From a virus: a stretch of DNA of 49,477 bases. The stretch is taken from the IMG/VR virus record IMGVR_UViG_3300013947_000375, positions 1-49,477 of that record; one strand, written 5' to 3'. The translations under genes were made by a program, and so were the position numbers. Every line of letters begins with the position of its first letter. Position 1 is the stretch's first letter. Under the pieces are notes generated by a model. It saw only the letters and a list, made by a program, of their open reading frames with translations, had not been told where the DNA came from and did no database searches. Below, piece after piece: positions 43,134 through 49,477 of the stretch.

Positions 43134-43681
43134 GTGTTTTCCTCCTGATAGTTAATATCAATTATAATATTCTTGCGAGAAGCAAGATAATCACAAATAT
43201 GAACGAAAGCTTGTAGAGTAGTCTTAGGCTGTGGAAGTTTTCCAAATTGATCCCACTTACCCATATGAGACTCAATTAAGGGAATTATCTCCTTAATAAT
43301 GTAGTAATAATCATCCATCAAAGGATCTAGAATGGCCTTAACCTCTATGGGGTGTAATTTACTGGGCTTGGCTATATCATGTAAAGCTAGGGCTGCCATG
43401 ACCAAGTCTTCTTCCTTTTCCGAAAGGTTATCAGTTTGAAATAGGGCTTTAGCCACTATCATAGCTGCCTTAGTATGTCTTACCAAACCCCCCACCCCAA
43501 GAGCATACCCCGGATGATACTTTCCCGAACTACTGGCGGGTTGAATAAAAAAGTCTATAGGAACACAAGACCTATAGGCTGATTCCACAAACTCAACATA
43601 ATCAGGACTGTGGAAAAATGATTCGAATGACATTAGGTTTATGGTCTGTTCGATTAGTTTGGTGTCTAAGGGTTCTATCAT
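43130..43681 (-). CDS. HD-domain phosphohydrolase
   Basis: SSSGKYHP...GGLVRHT...ALALHDIAKP (H...HD pattern). Confidence 0.6.
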   Translation of the reverse strand: MIEPLDTKLIEQTINLMSFESFFHSPDYVEFVESAYRSCVPIDFFIQPASSSGKYHPGYALGVGGLVRHTKAAMIVAKALFQTDNLSEKEEDLVMAALALHDIAKPSKLHPIEVKAILDPLMDDYYYIIKEIIPLIESHMGKWDQFGKLPQPKTTLQAFVHICDYLASRKNIIIDINYQEENT

Positions 43682-44042
43682 AGTTTTTCTCCTTTCTTAG
43701 TTTTAAAAGCTGTTGAGCCTTATTCATAATTTCCAAATTGCGAATGGGAAGATTAAAACCCGTACTACCATCAAAGCCTTGAAACTCCTCATCATAATCT
43801 ACTCGAGAAGATATGGCTGGATATTTCCTTTGAAGTTCTACTAGTTCTTTGGCCCATGTACTCCAGGTGGTGTCTAAAATCAGATTCTCATTAAACACAT
43901 AATAGATGCAGGAATGGACCAGGATTTGTAACCTCCTTCTAAGGATTAAGGCCCTAATGCTATCAGTCTCTACTCCAGCTTGAGTAAGGTAATATGTACC
44001 CCGAATGAGACTTGGGCTTATTTGAGTTTTAGATTTTCCCAT
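43602..44042 (-). CDS. hypothetical protein (146 aa)
   Basis: ORF with SD and own promoter; the 3' end overlaps the HD gene by 80 nt; the segment CIYYVFNENLILDTTWSTWAKELVELQRKYP loosely resembles the LigA Ia-domain pattern. Confidence 0.6.
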   Translation of the reverse strand: MGKSKTQISPSLIRGTYYLTQAGVETDSIRALILRRRLQILVHSCIYYVFNENLILDTTWSTWAKELVELQRKYPAISSRVDYDEEFQGFDGSTGFNLPIRNLEIMNKAQQLLKLRKEKNYDRTLRHQTNRTDHKPNVIRIIFPQS

Positions 44043-44063
44043 AGTCTTTCCCCCTTAATAATC

Positions 44064-44092
44064 ATTATATCTCAAGACTTGGTCTTTGTCCA
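44064..44092 (-). promoter_or_regulatory. early promoter
   Basis: minus strand TGGACA, N17, TATAAT. Confidence 0.6.
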
Positions 44093-44095
44093 TAT

Positions 44096-44127
44096 AAAAA
44101 CTCTAGAAGGGCCCGAAGGCCCCCTAG
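44096..44127 (-). terminator. intrinsic terminator after the SpoIIID-like gene
   Basis: CTAGAAGGGCC-CGAA-GGCCCCCTAG hairpin; T-run on the minus strand. Confidence 0.7.
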
Positions 44128-44129
44128 AA

Positions 44130-44354
44130 TTAGGTCCCCCCCCATCTTCGAGAGTTACCTTTAAGTATAGACTTAACCTGAGAAAATAGACTGGGACTTA
44201 AATCCTTAAGTCTATAGGTAAGATGCCACCAGACTGTAGCCTGAGGAATATTAAACTCATGAGCCACAGTGTAGGTCGAAGCCTTAGGAATCGATATCAA
44301 GGCCTGGGCCTCTTTCAGAACCTGTTCATCAGTATAAAGATATCTCTTGTTCAT
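44130..44354 (-). CDS. SpoIIID-like HTH transcriptional regulator
   Basis: TVAHEFNIPQATVWWHLTYRLKDLSPSLFSQVKSILKGNSRRWGG parallels B. subtilis SpoIIID IAKEFGVSKSTVHKDLTERLPEINPDLANEVKEILDYHKSIRHLRGG. Confidence 0.7.
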   Translation of the reverse strand: MNKRYLYTDEQVLKEAQALISIPKASTYTVAHEFNIPQATVWWHLTYRLKDLSPSLFSQVKSILKGNSRRWGGT

Positions 44355-44368
44355 TAGTGGTTCCTCCT

Positions 44369-45034
44369 TTAAGCAGTAATGGCCTTTTGATCGGCCCCCA
44401 GGTTTTTACCATCCAGGTAGCCCTTGGTATAGAGCCCCATGTCCCCAGAGCGATTAAGCTTCTTTCCAGTATTGGCTCTTTTCTTGGGGTCAGTAATATC
44501 CTTAGTCAATTGTTCTACTAAGGCATCCTTAACCAATACCAGGCCCCAGTTATTCCTATCTACCTGCTCCTTATACTTAGCCCTCAGGCCAGCGATGAAA
44601 CCAGCTGAATAGTCTCCAGAAATTCCATCAGTAGAAAGACCCTGCTTTCTATACTGTCTTCTGAGCTTCTTCATGTTCTTATCCAGAGTCTGGGCAGCGA
44701 AGGTGAAAACAGCCTTGCAGATGGCCACATCATCCTTGAGTCCCACAAAGACCAGGCCATAAGAGGGAGCCCTGAGAAGATTGCAGCGGAAGTTGTCACA
44801 AATGACCTTAGCCAGCATAATAGCCCAGTTGGTGTTGTGATACCCCTTTACATAGGTTTTAATGGCCTCCTTCTTCTCCTGGGGTCCTTCCTTGAACTGG
44901 GCTAGGTCCAAGTTATGCTCAGCCATCAACTTCTGAGCTTTAAGCATAGCCGCCTGGGCCTCAGCTTCTGAAGGGTTATTGCCAGCCAAGGCCAGCAGCT
45001 TCTCAACCTTGGAAATAATGTTCTTGTCAGTCAT
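44369..45034 (-). CDS. DUF2786-family protein
   Basis: N-terminal IISKVEKLLALAGNNPSEAEAQAAMLKAQKLMAEHNL is the typical DUF2786 signature. Confidence 0.65.
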   Translation of the reverse strand: MTDKNIISKVEKLLALAGNNPSEAEAQAAMLKAQKLMAEHNLDLAQFKEGPQEKKEAIKTYVKGYHNTNWAIMLAKVICDNFRCNLLRAPSYGLVFVGLKDDVAICKAVFTFAAQTLDKNMKKLRRQYRKQGLSTDGISGDYSAGFIAGLRAKYKEQVDRNNWGLVLVKDALVEQLTKDITDPKKRANTGKKLNRSGDMGLYTKGYLDGKNLGADQKAITA

Positions 45035-45082
45035 TAATGGTTCCTCCTGTTGGTAGAGTGTTGGTTAATTAATTACATTATC

Positions 45083-45111
45083 ATTATAAGAGAAACGTCG
45101 AAATTTGTAAA
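45083..45111 (-). promoter_or_regulatory. early promoter
   Basis: minus strand TTTACA, N17, TATAAT. Confidence 0.75.
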
Positions 45112-45132
45112 TGGGTTAGTCGAAAGTTTTTC

Positions 45133-45165
45133 AAAAAAAATGAGGCCCCCTTTAGGAGGCCCCAC
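45133..45165 (-). terminator. intrinsic terminator after the ARH gene
   Basis: GC-rich hairpin 45142-45164 followed on the minus strand by T8 (45133-45140). Confidence 0.65.
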
Positions 45166-45169
45166 TCTC

Positions 45170-45708
45170 TTAGTTTTTCATGAGCCAGTCAGCCATAACA
45201 TTTAGATCCATAACTACCTTAGGATCCAAAGTGTAGATCCACTTCTTGGGGATCAAGTCAGCCCCAAAGCGAGCTCCTGCAATTCCTCCAGCCAGAGCGG
45301 CTATAGTATCTGCATCCCCCCCATGATTTACAGGTCCCAGAATAGCCCCACTGAAACTCCGGGTATGATGAGCCCAGTAGATAGCATTATTCACAGAATT
45401 TCTTACATGGCCCGTAGGGTCCTTAGGACCACCCTTAAGCCACTCCACAAACCCGGTACAGCAATTGGAGAGAAAATTCTCTTTGCCCTTCATACGGGCT
45501 TTGGCCACAATGGTCATCATCTGGGTATCATCAGTTACTTCTCCCGGATTCAGGAAAAGCCACCCACCCCCAGAATATCAGTAACTTCTCCATATCGGGA
45601 CTGAATTTGGTCCTGGGTCATGAATTCTGTGGTTGCCCCCATGGCATCCCCAATAGCGAAGCCCAATAGGGAACCAAGGATACGATTGCGATTCTTAGTA
45701 TTTGTCAT
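45170..45708 (-). pseudogene. compact ADP-ribosylglycohydrolase (DraG/ARH family) interrupted by a frameshift at a G5 run
   Basis: frame A (45708-45550): MTNTKNRNRILGSLLGFAIGDAMGATTEF...; frame B (open from 45577): GGGWLFLNPGEVTDDTQMM...GGDADTIAALAGGIAGARFG; the frames overlap at 45550-45577 around the C5/G5 run 45567-45571. Confidence 0.75.
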
Positions 45709-45824
45709 CTTTTATTCCCCCCATCCAGATAGTCCACTACTTTCATGATTCCCCCAGTTAATGCAGCTGCTCCTGCCAGGATTACCAGGTAATAAAGTAC
45801 CTCTCTAGCTTGTTCGATAAACAT
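45705..45824 (-). CDS. small membrane protein (39 aa), ATGA-coupled to the ARH gene
   Basis: translated by hand: MFIEQAREVLYYLVILAGAAALTGGIMKVVDYLDGGNKR; GAGGAGGA SD. Confidence 0.5.
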   Translation of the reverse strand: MFIEQAREVLYYLVILAGAAALTGGIMKVVDYLDGGNKR

Positions 45825-45855
45825 TGTCGGATTCCTCCTCTTTTAGTATAATCTC

Positions 45856-45884
45856 ATTATAAGAGATAATGGCCAGTTTGTAAA
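45856..45884 (-). promoter_or_regulatory. early promoter
   Basis: minus strand TTTACA, N17, TATAAT. Confidence 0.75.
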
Positions 45885-45912
45885 TGGGGAGAAGGGGACT
45901 TAGCCCCTCCCC

Positions 45913-46809
45913 TTATCCCATCTTAGAGACAGCTCTCACGAAGTCGTTGATAGAGCCCTTCAGAGTAGTCTTGATAAAGTGATTTTCCTGAGCCTGGATA
46001 GTATCCTTCTTCAGGGGCTTGTGAGTAACGAAATCAGTATAGGCATTAACCAGTCCCCACTGGGTGCCGATGAAGTTCTGATTATCCTCAGCCTGATATG
46101 CAGCCAGGAATCTGTCCCTCTTCTCTTCCATTCTCCGAACCTGAGTAGGGTTAAACTCCTCTTTGATTTCGAAGATATCATCCAGCAGATGGTCTACCTG
46201 GGACTTAGAGACCTTCTTCTGAGCCAGCAGAATAGCCTCTTTCTGGAACTCAGAAATGTAGTCACTACTATGAATAAGAACCTCCTGAGCCGTATGAAGC
46301 TTACCCTTGATGGATTTGGTATGGCGAAGACTAATCTTGTTTGCCACCTTCCGGAAGGTCAGATTGAACTGATTCTCACAGACAATTCGGAGAGGAGCGA
46401 TAGTAGCTTTAAGAGTAGTATTGCCACTGTGAGAGTTCTGGAAGATGACATGAGGGGCTACCTTATCTCCCATCAGGTCAAACTCCGGAAGCTGGGCGAT
46501 GATGTAGATGAATTTGTGGTTCTCACCAGCCTTCAGGAACTTCAGGCCTTCAGGGATCATGGAGTTGATGAAGTCAAAACCCTCGATGTTCTGAACTATT
46601 TCGAACTGAGAACCAACTACTCCATAGGTCCAGTCAGAATTCTCCCTCTTGGTGCAGAAGGTACCAGGAATGGGGGTTCCATTCTCCAGGAAAACAGGAA
46701 CCTTCTCCACAGTGTAGTCGAGGTGAGAGAGTTTCAGGGCCTCCTCCACAGTGGTGGCCTTGGTGATGTTAGCTCCGATGTTGGTCCAAGTAGCAGTACG
46801 AGTAGTCAT
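45913..46809 (-). CDS. DUF932-family (phage/plasmid-like) protein
   Basis: N-terminal W.NIG...TVEEALKLSHLDYTVEKVPV and FEIVQN pattern typical of DUF932. Confidence 0.6.
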   Translation of the reverse strand: MTTRTATWTNIGANITKATTVEEALKLSHLDYTVEKVPVFLENGTPIPGTFCTKRENSDWTYGVVGSQFEIVQNIEGFDFINSMIPEGLKFLKAGENHKFIYIIAQLPEFDLMGDKVAPHVIFQNSHSGNTTLKATIAPLRIVCENQFNLTFRKVANKISLRHTKSIKGKLHTAQEVLIHSSDYISEFQKEAILLAQKKVSKSQVDHLLDDIFEIKEEFNPTQVRRMEEKRDRFLAAYQAEDNQNFIGTQWGLVNAYTDFVTHKPLKKDTIQAQENHFIKTTLKGSINDFVRAVSKMG

Positions 46810-46862
46810 TTTGTATTCCTCCTTAAGATTTTCAGTTGGTAGGTGTTATCCAGTATGGTTAT

Positions 46863-46891
46863 ATTATAAGACCCTCGTACGAGTTTGTAAA
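46863..46891 (-). promoter_or_regulatory. early promoter
   Basis: minus strand TTTACA, N17, TATAAT. Confidence 0.75.
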
Positions 46892-46912
46892 TGGTTTCGA
46901 GAAAAGTTTTTC

Positions 46913-46942
46913 AAAAAAAAGAAGAGGTCTTTCGACCTCCTC
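46913..46942 (-). terminator. intrinsic terminator after 46946-47335
   Basis: GAAGAGGTC (46921-46929) / GACCTCCTC (46934-46942) hairpin, then T8 on the minus strand. Confidence 0.7.
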
Positions 46943-46945
46943 AGA

Positions 46946-47335
46946 TTAGAATGGTGAATTAGAGATTATCTGGCCCTCTAGTATTCTTAGTATGTCCGGA
47001 GCTACCTTCCTTCTATGGGGTAAATCGGTAAGTCTCTTCCTGTGATAAGCCTTGAGCAATCTCTGACCGGGTAGTCTGTCTAAAGCCTCATCCTGTTCGT
47101 CTGTGAGATTTCGAGCTAGGTATAGTCTAGCGGCCCTAACTGTAGGGGTCTTTAATCCAGATAAAACTGCCATCCCCGAGTCCTTGTCAGAGATAACATA
47201 GGGCCACCCAGAGGGATGAGCCTTATGTATAAATAGGGTAGATCTACCCCACTGAAACTCCCCATAGGACCTAACCAGCTTCTTATACTCAATCCCTACC
47301 TCGCAGCATCTAATATAATTGTACTCCTTTTTCAT
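46946..47335 (-). CDS. hypothetical protein (129 aa)
   Basis: ORF with GGGGGTGA SD. Confidence 0.65.
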   Translation of the reverse strand: MKKEYNYIRCCEVGIEYKKLVRSYGEFQWGRSTLFIHKAHPSGWPYVISDKDSGMAVLSGLKTPTVRAARLYLARNLTDEQDEALDRLPGQRLLKAYHRKRLTDLPHRRKVAPDILRILEGQIISNSPF

Positions 47336-47395
47336 GAAGTATTCACCCCCTATTACTTATATTATATCACCAAATCTGGTAAAAAAGTCTAGTTT

Positions 47396-47965
47396 TTAGC
47401 TAGAGTAGGGATTTGGGAGTGACCAGTCCCAAAACTCAGTAGACCCCCATTCTGCTGTAAAATGGTTCCTTTCACCATCCCCAACGAAGTATAAGTACTC
47501 CTTAGGAATAACCCTACCCCCAGAGTATAGACCTACTTTTTCTTGAGTATAGGTAGTTACCACACTATTTACAATATTCACCATTCCTTGATCTACAGGG
47601 GTTGACTGGTAATAAGCCACCGCATTAGGATAGGTAACCACATCCTCGATCGTTGATCCCCAGTCCCCCTTGTCCAGGCGATTAAGGATTACCCAAACTA
47701 CTGCAGCTTGTTCCATTTCACTCTTCACCCCTCGAGCCTCAGCATACAGAACCTTGGCCATCATCTCTACTTCCTCATTAGTAAAGAGAACCGGAAGTTC
47801 TGGAGAAGTCTTTTCTTCAGGTTGATCCTCTACTATAGCCAGAGGCTCAGGCTCAGACTCAGACTCGGTGCTAATAGGACTATAGGCTCCGGTGGTAACT
47901 AGCACAAGTCCAAACAACCAAATCCAAAGAGCCAAAAATAAAGGTAAGTTAAATCTGTCTTTCAT
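47396..47965 (-). CDS. SleB/CwlJ-family cell wall hydrolase (Hydrolase_2) with N-terminal membrane anchor or signal
   Basis: MAKVLYAEARGVKSEMEQAAVVWVILNRLD matches the SleB-family core; N-terminal hydrophobic LPLFLALWIWLFGLVLV. Confidence 0.7.
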   Translation of the reverse strand: MKDRFNLPLFLALWIWLFGLVLVTTGAYSPISTESESEPEPLAIVEDQPEEKTSPELPVLFTNEEVEMMAKVLYAEARGVKSEMEQAAVVWVILNRLDKGDWGSTIEDVVTYPNAVAYYQSTPVDQGMVNIVNSVVTTYTQEKVGLYSGGRVIPKEYLYFVGDGERNHFTAEWGSTEFWDWSLPNPYSS

Positions 47966-48284
47966 CTTGCATTCTCCTTTTAGATATGTTCATAAGTTGC
48001 CTCCAATATTTAGGCATTTTATTTCTACAAATGGCCAATTCTCGTTCTGTGAGTTCTCCCCCATATTTAAGTCGAAGAGCCAGAGCAGTCATCATCTCAG
48101 CATCTACAGCCCCAAAGCCAACCCCATTATGATCAATTGTGGCCCCATAGGCTTTCTCCTCTGGGGTTTGTAAGTCGGCTATAAGGGTGATTGCCCTATA
48201 GAGAGCTTTCTTGTTGGTTCGAAGTAGATTCTGGAGATATTCTTTCCATTGGTTCTGATTTGTAAATTGTTCCCATGGCCTCAT
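47949..48284 (-). CDS. hypothetical protein (111 aa)
   Basis: ORF, ATGA-coupled to the upstream gene. Confidence 0.65.
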   Translation of the reverse strand: MRPWEQFTNQNQWKEYLQNLLRTNKKALYRAITLIADLQTPEEKAYGATIDHNGVGFGAVDAEMMTALALRLKYGGELTERELAICRNKMPKYWRQLMNISKRRMQDERQI

Positions 48285-49300
48285 TCACCATCATCTCCTG
48301 ACTGCCACTCTTCCCCTGTAACCTCTTTCCAGATTTTAGGACCAAGACCGGTCTCAATCTCATCACCATTCGATCGAATAGTCTGAACTATCTCATAGGG
48401 ACTATTTACCACGATCTCTTGACCAAATTCCTGGGAGTAAATCTCTACTAGGCCTTTACTCATTTTGATGTGGTGTCTTCCTATGTACTGAATAAGATCG
48501 AGACCCTCTATGGGAAGGGGTTCTTTCTTCCTTTTTCTAGAGGGCCTTTTTGGGAAATCCTCACTCGTTTTAAGAAGTGTTCCTATCTGAGAAGAGGGTT
48601 CCATTCCAAACTTACGATATAGAGATCTAACTTCTCTACTAGTGACTAAGGGAAACTTCTTTACTAAGTCCTTTAAGCCGTTAACCAGTCCTATCTCCCT
48701 ATGGTAGAAAATGGCTCCCTGTACTTTCCCATTTGGGCTATAGTGTTTACCAGCTGCCTCAAAGTCCTCTAGGTCAAAATCTGTATATTCCCCACTGATT
48801 TCTACAGGGGTATACTTATTCTGATTGTTCCACGAGTAAGCTTGCCCAATAGTATAGGTATTAATTTCCCCGAAAAGGTATAAAGCCAGTCCCGCCACAT
48901 CCGCAGTTACTACATTCCCGAAGCGATAGTAATATACCCCAGAATTTTTTTGATTGGTCTTTAAACCCTTCCTCTTAGATTTTTTCATTGGGGGGGTATA
49001 TTTACCCACTATTTCAAAATCTGGAGTTATTCTCAAAGAGTTATGAGGATCATAAGCCATCTGAAATTTTCCCTCTTTGAATTGAATATAAGCTCTTCCC
49101 CTCTGCTGTATAGCTCTAAAGAGATACTCATCCCAATTAGAGGACAGCCCAGGCCCTGAGAGAAGGTCCCTTTTAACTCTCCTCATTTGAAAGTCCCAGG
49201 GGTTTTCTTTACCTTCTCGAACCTCAAAGACATTACCTTCCCCAAGATCCAAAAGCTCCCACATAATTTGGTTTTTATTATATGGTATCCATTCCTTCAA
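48281..49300 (-). CDS. hypothetical protein (339 aa), first gene of the leftward early arm
   Basis: TTG start after AAAGGAG; no recognisable motif. Confidence 0.65.
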   Translation of the reverse strand: MKEWIPYNKNQIMWELLDLGEGNVFEVREGKENPWDFQMRRVKRDLLSGPGLSSNWDEYLFRAIQQRGRAYIQFKEGKFQMAYDPHNSLRITPDFEIVGKYTPPMKKSKRKGLKTNQKNSGVYYYRFGNVVTADVAGLALYLFGEINTYTIGQAYSWNNQNKYTPVEISGEYTDFDLEDFEAAGKHYSPNGKVQGAIFYHREIGLVNGLKDLVKKFPLVTSREVRSLYRKFGMEPSSQIGTLLKTSEDFPKRPSRKRKKEPLPIEGLDLIQYIGRHHIKMSKGLVEIYSQEFGQEIVVNSPYEIVQTIRSNGDEIETGLGPKIWKEVTGEEWQSGDDGE

Positions 49301-49335
49301 GAATTTCTCACTCCTTTCCTTATTAAATTAGTTAT

Positions 49336-49364
49336 ACTATATCACTATGCACTTATAATGTAAA
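49336..49364 (-). promoter_or_regulatory. first leftward early promoter
   Basis: minus strand TTTACA (49359-49364), N17, TGA-TATAGT (49336-49341). Confidence 0.65.
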
Positions 49365-49410
49365 TAGTTTTACTCTTGTATCAAGAAAATAGGTCCTTAT
49401 TAATATAATA

Positions 49411-49477
49411 GGTGAGGAGTTAGTCTAAACCTCACTAATATAATAGGTGAGGAGTTAGTCTAAACCTCACTAATATA
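49411..49477. repeat. 67-nt exact copy of nt 1-67 (direct terminal repeat or circular-assembly overlap)
   Basis: compared base by base; joining the ends without overlap would break the 35-bp period by 3 nt, whereas overlapping them is exact. Confidence 0.9.

Noticed and set aside
45096-45124. Two GTCGAA cores (CGTCGAA 45096-45102, AGTCGAA 45118-45124) flanking a -35 box, resembling Spo0A boxes (TGTCGAA); similar 6/7 matches occur near 46897 and 46931
   Set aside because: 6-of-7 matches to a 7-mer are expected by chance roughly every few hundred bp on two strands. I cannot show enrichment without a genome-wide count.
45979-46842. 287-aa plus-strand ORF antisense to the DUF932 gene
   Set aside because: The minus-strand ORF has a recognisable family signature, SD, promoter and terminator. 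The plus-strand ORF has none of these and has L/S/R-rich antisense-type composition.

Overview
The window looks like a complete or nearly complete ~49.4-kb genome of a tailed dsDNA phage. It has a siphovirus-type morphogenesis module and infects a Gram-positive, probably spore-forming, Firmicute. The last 67 nt (49411-49477) are identical to nt 1-67, which indicates a terminal repeat or a circularisation overlap.

The genome has two convergent arms that meet at a bidirectional terminator near 27.9 kb.

- Plus-strand arm (459-27876): a sigma factor, dCMP deaminase, a receiver-less Spo0A-like protein, a 5-gene tRNA array, terminase small and large subunits, portal, an inserted fibre-like module, an SPP1 gp7-like head protein fused to an ADP-ribosyltransferase, scaffold, decoration protein, lambda-E-like capsid protein, connectors, tail, tape measure, distal tail proteins, fibre, a GC-rich holin/endolysin cassette, and an accessory cassette.
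- Minus-strand arm (49300-27918): early, replication and nucleotide-metabolism genes. These include a SleB-like hydrolase, DUF932, a frameshifted ADP-ribosylglycohydrolase, DUF2786, a SpoIIID-like protein, an HD hydrolase, ThyX, primase-helicase, a Tmk-like kinase, a dimeric-dUTPase-like NTPase, two thymidylate-synthase-fold paralogs, a family A DNA polymerase with a UDG-like N-domain, a Cas4-like nuclease, a Sak4-like ATPase, DUF669, VRR-NUC, DUF1599-like and SNF2 proteins.

No integrase, repressor or CRISPR array was seen.

Most notable observations:
1. A dispersed set of sporulation-regulator and spore-structure homologs: Spo0A effector domain, SpoIIID, sigma factor, SleB, and a BclA-C-like protein.
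2. A T4-like gene set for replacing or modifying a pyrimidine.
3. A virion ADP-ribosyltransferase paired with a frameshifted mini ADP-ribosylglycohydrolase.
4. A highly regular array of near-identical TTTACA-N17-TATAAT promoter/terminator/leader cassettes.
5. An iteron-rich non-coding terminus.

All functional calls come from motif recognition by eye. No database search was run.
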